This document shows positions 20,201-29,512 of a stretch of 64,000 nt of DNA, in pieces (position 1 is the first letter of the stretch; each line of letters opens with the position of its first letter). Where the stretch lies: the IMG/VR virus record IMGVR_UViG_3300046808_001241, positions 62,001 through 126,000 of that record. One strand, written 5' to 3'. Position numbers and translations under genes: made by a program. The notes below the pieces were generated by a model. That model was not told where the DNA came from and did not search any database. It worked only from the letters and a program-made list of their open reading frames with translations.

Positions 20201-21274
20201 TAAATTTTGCTGAATGTATACACTTGAATCTACATGCACGTCTCCACTCGAACTTATATTTCCAACAACCGTTAGTGCTTCATTTGGACTTCCAGTAGCA
20301 ATGCCTACTCGACCAGCAGAATCAACAACAAAAGGCGTTTGAGCCGAGCTTGTAACAAAAACACTGTTCCCTGTACCCTCTTGAAAAACAGTTAAAGCTG
20401 CATCTTCTTTGTTGCTAATTACAGACAGAGAGCCATTTATAGTGGCAGTGTTTAGTGAAGACAAACTTCCGAGAACCGTATCAGAGTCAATTGTTAAATT
20501 TCCTGTAGCACTTGCACTGCCTACAATAGTTAGTTCTACATTTGGAGTATTAGTGTTAATGCCTACTAAATTGTTGGTAACATCAGCAAATAATACATCA
20601 GTATCAACCTCTAGATTGCCTTCAATTATATTACTTCCTGTAACATATACACTACCTGTAACAATTAAGTCTCCTACAGAGCTAATATTTCCAACAACAG
20701 TAAACTTTTCGTTCGGAGAATCAGTACCTAAACCAACATAGCCATTGTCTTGAAAAATAATATCATCTCCATTAATATCAATAAAATGAGCAATAGGCTC
20801 GTTGCCATATTGATTAACGGTTAAAGCAGGCCCAGTACCGTAATTTGTAATAGTCAATGCAGATCCAGCTACAACTGTGGTATCTAATTCAACTGCAGAT
20901 CCCAGTACAGTCAAATTCCCGTTTAAAATTAAATTTCCATCAACTGTGCTATTACCAGCAACACTTAAATTTTGTTGTACGGTTAAATTGCTGTTTAAAA
21001 AACTATTGCCGGCAACAGTTAAAGTTCCTGCAATCTGTGCATTGTTTTGTACAGATAGATCATTTGTAATTGATGCGTTTTCTGAAAAAATGCCTTTTTG
21101 AGCTGAAAGATTTTCAGTGGTTAGAATGTCTCCTTCAGAAAAAAATTCTCCTTGAAAAGGTTCCTCAAAAGAAGCTATTGGATCATAACTAGAATCATTG
21201 AACGAGTTATTTTTTGTCGTTCTTTTGCTATGATGGTTTTGTCTATGAAATTTATTGTGAAACCGGTTCGACAT
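17288..21274 (-). CDS. long tail fibre/adhesin-like protein (1328 aa)
   Basis: Many VGI.T.TPNEALTV.GNISS.G beta-repeats, duplicated modules, central coiled-coil repeats. Confidence 0.8.
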   Translation of the reverse strand: MSNRFHNKFHRQNHHSKRTTKNNSFNDSSYDPIASFEEPFQGEFFSEGDILTTENLSAQKGIFSENASITNDLSVQNNAQIAGTLTVAGNSFLNSNLTVQQNLSVAGNSTVDGNLILNGNLTVLGSAVELDTTVVAGSALTITNYGTGPALTVNQYGNEPIAHFIDINGDDIIFQDNGYVGLGTDSPNEKFTVVGNISSVGDLIVTGSVYVTGSNIIEGNLEVDTDVLFADVTNNLVGINTNTPNVELTIVGSASATGNLTIDSDTVLGSLSSLNTATINGSLSVISNKEDAALTVFQEGTGNSVFVTSSAQTPFVVDSAGRVGIATGSPNEALTVVGNISSSGDVHVDSSVYIQQNLTVVENVSSTGTVSISSLFTGLTNSVITKDDNNTLETREINPRVWDTTSNLLTGALTQNYLSKFDNDSTLVDSNVYSDGTNVGINTSTPNEALTIVGNLSSTGDLYIEGAEFVTGSLTLSENISSSGTATFGSIPSDTTNDVIIKDANNTLKTREINSRVWDTSANFLSGALTQNYLPKFDSNSSLVNSIIYDDGVFVGINTSSPTDTFTVHGSSKFFGNVTIFGDLTATGTSTFANTVFATTSSLSVVHIGSGPAAWIGNDGTGDIASFYDIDAGVEVLHVGGINSDNPNVGVKTSTPNVDFTVNGEISASENLYVAGSAIIGTLSNGSTNTVVIHDINNILQTRTINSKIWDTTANFLSGALTQNYLPKFDTDSSVIDSNVYSDGTNVGIGTSNPNKKLTVVGQISSTESLYALNGTFVEEITSNGAVILNQLNMSNNLIVNALNPISAQDVVTKSYADSLSATLQTNLDNVESALTNSLTSVSAYAESQFTNINTELDSVSSYAEYQFSEVNTELDGVSAFAAFQLSSLDTKVDELSSYAEYQFTNINTELDGVSAFAAFQLSSLNVKIDGLSSYSDVQFLAVNTELDGVSAFAAEQLSSINVKINGLSSYSDVQFLAVNTELDQVSAYTETQFGDIHTFVRSSFLPLTGGNLTGDVTVVGSITAFESIIALSGLEVGGGTSVSMFVDGGKIGINTDTPNEALTVVGSVSATSVFYGDGSGLTNTDDLNVNTIVQSTSASWNDVYTTVQVNSATVWSYQGTDLKDLSANWQSTFNTVNALSTSWEETAEIIPSVTNYLSTNNVLLSSLTILDTLSVSGGFNAGTGVGTSVLFVGATNSVGINTEIPNEALTVAGNVSATGIFYGDGSGLTNTDNLEVNTIVQNASADWNSVYSTVQTNSATVWNYQGTDLKALSSNWESTYTTFTNASSSFVQTDTTNATPGLSAITKLVAVSALPLVQEVGTLYVLI
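18295..18752 (-). repeat. about 8-9 tandem 54-nt (18-aa) intragenic repeats
   Basis: VSA(F/Y)A..Q(F/L)..(I/V)NTELD(G/S) units; DNA such as gcagcaaaagcagatactccatctaattctgtatt recurs. Confidence 0.8.
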
Positions 21275-21282
21275 GGATAAAG

Positions 21283-21462
21283 TTATTTATCAAAATAAGC
21301 TTTGAAAACCTTTGGATCGAGTTCTTCCAACTTTTCAATTAATAATTCTAAAGCTACTTCGCATTCCTTTTTAGAAGACAGAGTATCTGCAAATAATTCT
21401 AAAATTGTATTTTCGATTAAATCTTCCACAATTGCTTCAATTTCATTCTGTTTGCTGTACAT
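21283..21462 (-). CDS. small acidic hypothetical protein (59 aa, missing from the ORF track)
   Basis: Manual translation MYSKQNEIEAIVEDLIENTILELFADTLSSKKECEVALELLIEKLEELDPKVFKAYFDK; fills the gap. Confidence 0.55.
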   Translation of the reverse strand: MYSKQNEIEAIVEDLIENTILELFADTLSSKKECEVALELLIEKLEELDPKVFKAYFDK

Positions 21463-21516
21463 AGAGTGCTCGTAATTATCTAATATGTAACTTAAATAAA
21501 GGACAGATGAAAGGAT

Positions 21517-23163
21517 TTGTTAAAAATGGCTACATTTAATGCTAAATCAGAAAGCGAAGCTATAGCAAGCGGAGAGCTTAAACCATACATTCAAAAATAT
21601 GGAAAAGAAGGAGCATATGACGTATATGCCGCAGAACAATTTGCAAAACAAGAATTTGCAACAAAAGGAGAAAAGGAAGCAGCTTCTAATACAAGTGCAT
21701 TGGTAGCTAAACAAGCTCTAAGAAATGCAATAGCCTCCAGTCAAGGCAAGAGAAAAGAATGGTATATAAAACTTCTACAATCTTTAGATAATACAGCCTC
21801 AGCAACCGGAGACGCATTTGAGGGATTGGACAAATATACTATCAATGCTATTAAAAATTTACATTCCGTTCATACATTTATACAGGATGGAATAACATCT
21901 ACTACGTCCGGAATAGCCGGTAGCATTAATAATGCTACTAGAGGGTTACAACAATTTGAAGAGGAGGCAATTCATGACATCCAGGGTTGGGGAGCTGGTG
22001 TTAAAAAAGCATTAGAACCAGTTGGATTGTGTTCTGCAATAGGAGATTTAACTGACGTTGCTAAAAACCCTCTTGGCGCTCCTCAATTTTTAGCAAATTC
22101 GCTTACGTCATTGGTTGGCAAAATTAGTCCGTCTTTCGTTCAAAAGATGGACGATAGTTTTACTTCATTAAAGTTGGAAGGCTTAGCACATCTTCCTAGC
22201 AAAATGATGGGAAGTATTAGAAGTTTAGCAACAGCTGCAGACGCAATATTGTCAGTGCCATTCGAAATCATGTCAGATGTTTATAATGGACTAATGGATA
22301 TTCTTGAAGCAATTGCTGATTTAATCGACGGTCTTGTAACATTAGTGATGAATTTAGCAATGTCTGTTGTTAAAGCTTTAGTCGATGCGATTATTCCCGT
22401 CGAGGAGCTTTTAGAATTCTTTTCTGCGGTAGGAGATCTAGCTTCATTTGTAGGAGACATAGCAGGAATGGTCGGAGGTTTCAGTGCAGTAACAAACATA
22501 ACAAGCCAAGTTACAGACATTGCTTCTAGCGCAACTTCACTAATCAACAATCCGTTACAACTTATACCAGGAGCAAATCAAGCAATTGGCCAAGTTACTG
22601 GATCGGTGGGTCAAATAACAGGAGCTCTAAGGAACCCCGAACAGTTCTTGCCTCCAGAAATCAGTCAACAAATGCAAAAAATTTCACAAATTCCTGGACT
22701 AGGGTTTGTTGGAAACTTGGGGTATAGTGTCGGAGATGCTCTAGACACTTTATCAGATGGTGTGTTTGAAGCAGCTCTTGGCAAATATGCTGACAAATCT
22801 CCAATGATCAAATCATTTTTTAATAAACCTCAAGACGAACCTCCAGCAGTAGATACACAAGAAGCTTATTCTGATGATTATGATCCACCAAAAGCAGGCA
22901 TTCATTCGCTTGACGGCGCTGGCAATCCTGCTATTGTTGATACAAGTTCTTATAAGATATTTAAGGAAGATGCTTCTCAACAAAACACAGACTCTGTATC
23001 AGCTTTTGGATTTACGGAACGCAAAAGAAATCCATCAGACCCAGTCGTTATAGAAGCATACGGAGCAAGAGAAGAACGTTTTTCTGATGGTTCTTCGGTG
23101 ATTACTGCTCCAAACGGACAACGTGTCAGAAGATTTCCGGATGGACGAGAAGTTGCTATCTAA
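21517..23163 (+). CDS. Ala/Gly-rich helical virion protein (baseplate hub or tape-measure-like)
   Basis: Amphipathic A/G/I/V-rich helices; upstream of the gp5-like gene. Confidence 0.5.
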   Translation: MLKMATFNAKSESEAIASGELKPYIQKYGKEGAYDVYAAEQFAKQEFATKGEKEAASNTSALVAKQALRNAIASSQGKRKEWYIKLLQSLDNTASATGDAFEGLDKYTINAIKNLHSVHTFIQDGITSTTSGIAGSINNATRGLQQFEEEAIHDIQGWGAGVKKALEPVGLCSAIGDLTDVAKNPLGAPQFLANSLTSLVGKISPSFVQKMDDSFTSLKLEGLAHLPSKMMGSIRSLATAADAILSVPFEIMSDVYNGLMDILEAIADLIDGLVTLVMNLAMSVVKALVDAIIPVEELLEFFSAVGDLASFVGDIAGMVGGFSAVTNITSQVTDIASSATSLINNPLQLIPGANQAIGQVTGSVGQITGALRNPEQFLPPEISQQMQKISQIPGLGFVGNLGYSVGDALDTLSDGVFEAALGKYADKSPMIKSFFNKPQDEPPAVDTQEAYSDDYDPPKAGIHSLDGAGNPAIVDTSSYKIFKEDASQQNTDSVSAFGFTERKRNPSDPVVIEAYGAREERFSDGSSVITAPNGQRVRRFPDGREVAI

Positions 23164-23225
23164 AAGACAAATCAGTAATTATTTTTTTAAAAGATGCATA
23201 ACCCAAACGAAAGAGCATTACGAAA

Positions 23226-25421
23226 ATGAAAACTTACTATGGCAATTACCTAGGATTAGTCGTGAATTCTAGTGATCCTGAATATAGAGGAAGAGTTCAA
23301 ATTTTTATTCCGCACGTTATGCCAGCTCTTTATGATGGGTGGAATAAAGAGGGAACAGACATTCAAATTTCGTGTGTTGGCTCAAATATTCCTGAAGGGC
23401 TAACACCAGAAATTCATCAGAGACTAGTTCAAATTCTTCCTTGGGCTGAAGCTGCTTCTCCAATTATTGGAGGCTCTGCTCCGGGTAATTTGTTTTCGAG
23501 TATGGTTGCTGGTGCAGCAGCTGGAGCTTCTACTGGAGGAGTAATTGGTGCAGTCACTGGAGCAGTTGCAGCAGGAGTAAATCATATTTTTAATCAAGGG
23601 CCTACCTCTCAGCCAATTCCAGTTCAAGGAGGAGATGCTCAAGGCCTTGTTAATAGAGCTAAGCAAATTTCCGGGTTGGCGTTTGATGGAAAGAAGTGGG
23701 GCAAGTGCGCTCGAGGAACGACAGCTTTAGACAAAGCAGCGGGATTAATAGATAATAACGGGCCTTCTGCTGGCTTTTATGCTGCTAGCGACTTAGCTGC
23801 TGGAGGTACTAATAGAACGGGATACAATCCATACACAACAGGAACGGGAGCCAAATACTTTCGACAACCGTTTACAACAGACCCAGCTTTATATAAGCCT
23901 CAAATAGGAGATTCTGTTTTTGCTGGAGGAGGCGGCGGAGAAAATCACGGACATGCTCAGAAGTGCATAGGACTCGACAAACAAGGCAATGCTATATGGG
24001 CTAGTGATAATATACAGTCTAAGTTTTTTACATCAAATAAGACAGCTGATTACACTAACTTTACTGTATATAGATTAAATGATGTAGGAGTGGCAAGATA
24101 TGCTCAAGCAATTGGAGCGGACGTAACAAATCTGCAACCACCTACAACATTAGAGTCTGAGCCTACAGCAGCATCAGCAGCCTCAGCTCCCCCAAACCCT
24201 CAAGCTAAACCAGAGGGACTTCAGGAGGGAGATACTGCTCCGACCCCTCAAACAACAATGACTGCAAGCGGACCAGGAACAGGAGCACCAGCAGGGACAG
24301 TAAGCGGAGGAGGGACAGCAACTAACTCAGGAGTTCACAAAGGAAAAACTATAGTTTCAGCTACTGGAGTAAATGGGTCTGGTTTAACTACTGTAACATA
24401 CAGCGACGGCACAACCGCGACGCTAAATCAACCTAGACCAATAAGGAATAATAACCCAGGAAACTTAGAATATGGTTCATTTGCAAAAAAAATGGGAGCT
24501 GTTGGATCAGATGGAAGATATGCAGTTTTCCCCACAGCTGAAGCAGGAGCGAGCGCAAAGGTAGCTTTGCTTAAAACATCAACGTATCAAAATTTGAGTA
24601 TACGAGATGCTTTTAATAGATATGCTCCTCCAAGCGAAAATCCAAATTATCTAAGAGACTTACAATCAGGTACTGGGTTTGATATGAGTAGAAAAATGAG
24701 TTCTTTATCCGTTGAAGAATTCAACAAACTCACTTCAACTGTAGCAAAAATAGAAGGGTTCGACAGTCCATTACCTTCTGGTTCTGAACTTCCTCCCTCG
24801 TTTTCAACTCCCAATGTCGTTAACAACACAGATAGTAATGGTAGAACTCCTGTAGTAAATACAAACGATATGGCTAGTGGTTTATTTGCTTATCCCAATC
24901 CTGGAGCAATGGTTTGGGTATTCTTTAGAGAAGGCAATCCTCTATATCCTGTATATTTTGCTGCTAGTTATAGTTCAGCAGAATGGAGTAGCGCTTATAG
25001 AGGATCAAGTCCATCAGAATCGTACACAAATGACGGCCAAATAATTGGAACGGGAACTGTAATGCACTTTGGTCCAGAGGGAGGAATTAAAACTCAAAAC
25101 AGAGCCAACATAAACGATCCTCTAGACAACAATTCTTCTTTAACGTTGTTCCATCAACACGGCTCAGGAATCACTATGAAGAACGGCTGTGACTTCTATC
25201 GTTCTGCTGCAAACAAAAGAGACGAAGTAGACAATGACAGACATACCATTACAAGAGGATACAAAGAAGAATGGACTCAAGGAGATGAGAGCACAAACGT
25301 CAGAGGAGATACTTTTATAAAAGTGGGAAACATAAGCCAAGAAGCAATTGATGCTATGAATGAACTTTCTGAGATGTCATACAAATTAAATCAACAGCTA
25401 ATGGAAAAACCAAAAAGCTAA
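23226..25421 (+). CDS. gp5: gp5/VgrG-like baseplate hub with two inserted peptidoglycan hydrolase domains
   Basis: G.VV...DPE.RGRVQ and LPWA, then P.PG..VWVFF..G.P.YPVYF about 470 aa later; Cys/His amidase-like and RNNNPGN lysozyme-like domains in between. Confidence 0.8.
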   Translation: MKTYYGNYLGLVVNSSDPEYRGRVQIFIPHVMPALYDGWNKEGTDIQISCVGSNIPEGLTPEIHQRLVQILPWAEAASPIIGGSAPGNLFSSMVAGAAAGASTGGVIGAVTGAVAAGVNHIFNQGPTSQPIPVQGGDAQGLVNRAKQISGLAFDGKKWGKCARGTTALDKAAGLIDNNGPSAGFYAASDLAAGGTNRTGYNPYTTGTGAKYFRQPFTTDPALYKPQIGDSVFAGGGGGENHGHAQKCIGLDKQGNAIWASDNIQSKFFTSNKTADYTNFTVYRLNDVGVARYAQAIGADVTNLQPPTTLESEPTAASAASAPPNPQAKPEGLQEGDTAPTPQTTMTASGPGTGAPAGTVSGGGTATNSGVHKGKTIVSATGVNGSGLTTVTYSDGTTATLNQPRPIRNNNPGNLEYGSFAKKMGAVGSDGRYAVFPTAEAGASAKVALLKTSTYQNLSIRDAFNRYAPPSENPNYLRDLQSGTGFDMSRKMSSLSVEEFNKLTSTVAKIEGFDSPLPSGSELPPSFSTPNVVNNTDSNGRTPVVNTNDMASGLFAYPNPGAMVWVFFREGNPLYPVYFAASYSSAEWSSAYRGSSPSESYTNDGQIIGTGTVMHFGPEGGIKTQNRANINDPLDNNSSLTLFHQHGSGITMKNGCDFYRSAANKRDEVDNDRHTITRGYKEEWTQGDESTNVRGDTFIKVGNISQEAIDAMNELSEMSYKLNQQLMEKPKS

Positions 25422-25458
25422 TTTGATTAACTCTTGTTAAACTTTAAGTACAAATAAC

Positions 25459-26925
25459 ATGGCAATTTCCAACAACGAACAAAAGACTGTCAATCAACAA
25501 AAAGAGCAAGTTGCTAAAGAACAAGCCACTCAAACTCCGTCTTCACGTTCTTCAAATCAACGAGAGATTCAATGTCCTTTTTGTGCGCCACATGTTAAGA
25601 AAAAAGACGTAACCGGAGGAAGATCAGAAATTGTTATTCCGTTTTTTGACCCTCCGTTAAGAATTCCAATTCCTCCTTTTTTGACAAAAACCATCAAACC
25701 GGACCCTCAAAAATGCACTTGTGAAGGTAAACAAAAATTTAAAGATGTGTCTGACGATGTAGCTAAATATAATCAAGTAAAACAGCAAGCTCAAGCAAAT
25801 ATTGAAAAGTCGATTGAGCTCGAAGCTAAAATGGGCACGGGAGGAAACCGAACGACAGTCATTGAAAAAAGCGATACTCTAGTTGTAGGTTTAGGCTTCA
25901 ATAAAAATGTTTCTTATGAAACTATTCCTGAAGGACATTTTGCCCCTTCAAAATTAAATACTACAGATCCGGAAAATCTTGGTTTTGCTACAGGAGGAAA
26001 ATACAATGCAGTAGTTGGAAAACAAACTTCTGTCGGTTGGCCGAGCGCGGTCGGAAATTACAAAATAACTTGTGCCAACTCTTTTAATGTTACAGCTGGA
26101 GCAGGCGGTATAACATTAGACACAAAAGGACCTCTTACTTTTAATTCTGGTATTTTAAATTTAACCGGGCCTCAAGTAAACATTGGTAGTGCTAGTGGTC
26201 CTTTGACTCTTGAAGGAGATACGGTGAGCATCGGGGGCAAAACGATTACATTGACTCCGACTGATGCAAACGTTTTTGTTAAAGGAACGGTTAGCACTAC
26301 CGGAAACATTGTCGTAGGAGGGCAACTGCATGCTGAAACACTTTCTTTTTCCAAAGCTTCGTGTCCAGCAAAAGACAAAAGAACATCCACAAATGCTGGT
26401 AATCCAGACACAACCCAAACATCTCCAGCTGTTTGGGGAGGACCTCAAGTAAAGGCAATCACTTCCAGTGTGCTAGACATACAAATATATTTTCAAAATA
26501 TAATGACCAATTTTGAGACAGCTGCTATAAGCGTATTGTCTCCTTCTCAAATGACAAATTTAATGAATCGCATTGGAAACTTGGCAAAAAGCACCATTGT
26601 AATAGACTCCGCGATGATTACAGGCATCTGCATTACCCCAGCTGGTCCGGGCATTGTAATGAACTTTCCGCATGTGCACGGACTGCCTTCTTTGGTTCAT
26701 GATCACGGCATTAGGGTTCCTGATATTGATTGCGATAACTACTCCTCGCCTCAATCTTTAAGAGCAGCTGTTGTAAACGAAGCGCTTACTTCTAATGCTC
26801 CAGCCAAAAAGAAAACGACCACGCAAGAGCTCTTGAAATTTACAATGGCTATTCCCGGCAGTGTCAGTTCTTTTGCTGTAAACGCTCAGAAAAAGATATC
26901 TTGGGTTTTAAGTCACTTAAGTTAA
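25459..26925 (+). CDS. baseplate central spike, gp5 C-terminal beta-helix-like
   Basis: GGITL...G.L..., L.L.G..V beta-helix repeats; CPFC..CTC and HVH..HDH metal motifs. Confidence 0.6.
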   Translation: MAISNNEQKTVNQQKEQVAKEQATQTPSSRSSNQREIQCPFCAPHVKKKDVTGGRSEIVIPFFDPPLRIPIPPFLTKTIKPDPQKCTCEGKQKFKDVSDDVAKYNQVKQQAQANIEKSIELEAKMGTGGNRTTVIEKSDTLVVGLGFNKNVSYETIPEGHFAPSKLNTTDPENLGFATGGKYNAVVGKQTSVGWPSAVGNYKITCANSFNVTAGAGGITLDTKGPLTFNSGILNLTGPQVNIGSASGPLTLEGDTVSIGGKTITLTPTDANVFVKGTVSTTGNIVVGGQLHAETLSFSKASCPAKDKRTSTNAGNPDTTQTSPAVWGGPQVKAITSSVLDIQIYFQNIMTNFETAAISVLSPSQMTNLMNRIGNLAKSTIVIDSAMITGICITPAGPGIVMNFPHVHGLPSLVHDHGIRVPDIDCDNYSSPQSLRAAVVNEALTSNAPAKKKTTTQELLKFTMAIPGSVSSFAVNAQKKISWVLSHLS

Positions 26926-26930
26926 TTGAA

Positions 26931-27842
26931 TCAGTTTCGTAGAGAGTAATCAATACTTTCGAAAAATTTTACAAAATCAAAAGCATTGTCTGGTCCGTTT
27001 AGCTGCTGATAATTGCTAAATAACTGCTTTGTAACTTCCAAAGGATTTGCAGACACTTCTTGCATCGTAAAAGATGGTACAGCAATCTCATCTTGGATTT
27101 GGATCTCCTGAGATGGTTTATGAATTCTTACAAATTCAGAAAGCATTTTCTTTGCTACTTCTAGTGGATTTTTAAAAATATATTCTTTTGGAATAGATTT
27201 AACCATTTCCATAAATTCCAAATGGTTCTTTAATTTAATTTCGTTTACTACAAATTGTTTTTTGCCGTCTAGATCGTTGATTGGCTCAGCGAAAGCATTG
27301 TTGAGATTTTCTGTAACAAACGTTCCATTAAACAGTGGATTTGCTGCTTCTGCAGACAAAACAGCCATTTGAGCTAGTTGTAACTGCTGATTAGCTTCTG
27401 CAATTGCTCTTAAATCTTTTATGCAAGAAAACGGATTAAAATTATTCGGAATAGAGTACTCCTCTATAGAGCTTGGTTTATGATTTGGTCCTAAATATTC
27501 ATATATTAATTTTTCGTACGGATGGACAGGAACTGAAGTTATAGCAGTAGTAATAGTAGACGTTACGTGCTTAGCAGAAGAAACGAGACTATCAATCATT
27601 AGTTTTGCTTTTTCTTTATCTTTTTGAAGCAACGTAGTAAAATTTTGTACGTTTTCTATAGCTGCAATATCTTGCTCGGCTTCTTGCAACAAAATATCTT
27701 GATTGATAGATTGCTGTTGAATTTTTGTTAAAACGTCTTGATAAGAAGGAACGGGGAATTTTTTCACAGTTTGAGTTAATGACTCAGATTGTTCAGTTAA
27801 TTTTTCCTGATCGTCTATGTTAATTAACGCCCTGTTTTGCAT
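26931..27842 (-). CDS. hypothetical protein
   Basis: 303-aa Q-rich helical ORF. Confidence 0.6.
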   Translation of the reverse strand: MQNRALINIDDQEKLTEQSESLTQTVKKFPVPSYQDVLTKIQQQSINQDILLQEAEQDIAAIENVQNFTTLLQKDKEKAKLMIDSLVSSAKHVTSTITTAITSVPVHPYEKLIYEYLGPNHKPSSIEEYSIPNNFNPFSCIKDLRAIAEANQQLQLAQMAVLSAEAANPLFNGTFVTENLNNAFAEPINDLDGKKQFVVNEIKLKNHLEFMEMVKSIPKEYIFKNPLEVAKKMLSEFVRIHKPSQEIQIQDEIAVPSFTMQEVSANPLEVTKQLFSNYQQLNGPDNAFDFVKFFESIDYSLRN

Positions 27843-27872
27843 GCCTTAACTTACTGAAAAAACTACAAAAAA

Positions 27873-28364
27873 TCAAACTAATACTTCCCCAAGAAATGCT
27901 TCCCATTGTTCGTGATGAGCTGCAATGTCTTGTTGATCAAATGTTTTATAAACGCTTTTGGAAAGTTGTCTATAAAAGTCTGGCTTTGGAGCTCCGTGAT
28001 ACTTCCAACGCTTTTCAAGAGCTTGAGGATGGAAAGAAAGAGCGATTAAACTTTTGCTAGCAAAAACCAATCCCATATCTGAAGCAATTGAAGGCATCAT
28101 TTCATTTGTCTTGTCATGATACTGGTAAATTGTAATAGCAACACGATTGCACTCGTCTTCAGAATCTGCAAATTTAGCAGACAAACAAATCATAAACAAT
28201 GCGTCAATAGCATGAGAAACAATAATTTTTGTATTGTCTGATATTAACTTCGAACCAATTGCTTGCTTTATAGAAGGTCTTGAAGTTATATCAGTCTCAT
28301 AAAGATTTTTTAAAGCCTCAGAATTTTTGAGATCGTATATTTGATCGATGAGACTTCTTGACAT
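27873..28364 (-). CDS. hypothetical protein
   Basis: 163-aa ORF with TAAATA-N5-ATG. Confidence 0.6.
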   Translation of the reverse strand: MSRSLIDQIYDLKNSEALKNLYETDITSRPSIKQAIGSKLISDNTKIIVSHAIDALFMICLSAKFADSEDECNRVAITIYQYHDKTNEMMPSIASDMGLVFASKSLIALSFHPQALEKRWKYHGAPKPDFYRQLSKSVYKTFDQQDIAAHHEQWEAFLGEVLV

Positions 28365-28368
28365 ACTA

Positions 28369-29127
28369 CTATTTATTTTTATTAGCGTTATATTTTTCTA
28401 CTTTATCGATAATAAACTTCAATATTTCAGAACGCATAATATCGTCCTTGGTAAACTCCACACAATGGATTCCTTGTTGTTTTGACTCTTCATCATTAAA
28501 CAAATCAAACATTGCTTTAAAGCCAGATTGTTCTTTGTGTTTCAAGTCCGTTTGCATAGGATCTCCAAGAATGAAATATTTTGTAAATTTACCGATTCTT
28601 GTTAAAGAAGTAAGCAATTCCGAGAAATTTGCATTCTGAGCTTCATCTACAATTACTACTTTTGCATTATACGATGCTCCTCTAAGATAATTTACTGGCA
28701 TTCCTTTAACTCTTTCGTCAGCATGCAGGCGCTTTATATCCCCTGTTGGTAACAATTCTTCGAGCTTGTCATTTAGTACGGACACAAAAAATTGTAATTT
28801 TTGGTCGGCATCGCCCGGAAGCGTACCCATAGAATGAGCAGCGCTTTCTATAATCGTTCTTACATAAATTATATCACTCACTCGCTTTTGATTTAAAAGT
28901 TCGAGAGCTGAATAAACCGCTAAAATGGACTTTGAAGTTCCAGCAGGACCAGAAAGAAAAATAATTTTAGTATCTTTATTAGTCGACAGCTCAATAAAGG
29001 CTTTTTGTTTTTCCGTCCATTCAAGCCCTCTTAAATTTAACGTATAATCAATTTTTTCCCTTTGATGTACTTTTGGAGAAGTGTCTTTTATTTGAGGTTT
29101 CGGTGTAATTTTTTTAGCTTTTTTCAT
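28369..29127 (-). CDS. phoH: PhoH-like ATPase
   Basis: GPAGTSKS Walker A variant, YLRG, VDEAQN, GDP.Q.DL. Confidence 0.92.
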   Translation of the reverse strand: MKKAKKITPKPQIKDTSPKVHQREKIDYTLNLRGLEWTEKQKAFIELSTNKDTKIIFLSGPAGTSKSILAVYSALELLNQKRVSDIIYVRTIIESAAHSMGTLPGDADQKLQFFVSVLNDKLEELLPTGDIKRLHADERVKGMPVNYLRGASYNAKVVIVDEAQNANFSELLTSLTRIGKFTKYFILGDPMQTDLKHKEQSGFKAMFDLFNDEESKQQGIHCVEFTKDDIMRSEILKFIIDKVEKYNANKNK

Positions 29128-29242
29128 AATTTAAATAAAAAAGAAGCCGGCGCTTGCTGCTTCTTTGTTCCCTTTTTAAAATGTTCTGACAGTATTACTG
29201 ACATCGTAGTTACTTATCTGCAATTTGAATAAATAGTAATAT

Positions 29243-29503
29243 ATGCGTCTGCCATTTAACCTACCAGATACAAAACTAGAAGAAGATTCGAGAGTAAAAT
29301 TTATTTACACCTCGCCTGAACTTCATCAAAACATCGAGCTTTCTTTAGATGGAGACGACACTTCTGTGGAAACTTTACTCAATGCTTTTGAAAGATTTTT
29401 GGGAGCACTGGGAATTTGCTTACCTCCAAATGTTATTTTAGGGTTTGTTGAACTGGAAGAAGACGGAGATTCAGAAGAAGATTCAGAAGAAGATAAAGAT
29501 TAA
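29243..29503 (+). CDS. small acidic hypothetical protein
   Basis: TAAATA 7 nt before ATG, divergent from phoH. Confidence 0.55.
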   Translation: MRLPFNLPDTKLEEDSRVKFIYTSPELHQNIELSLDGDDTSVETLLNAFERFLGALGICLPPNVILGFVELEEDGDSEEDSEEDKD

Positions 29504-29512
29504 TTAAATCAA

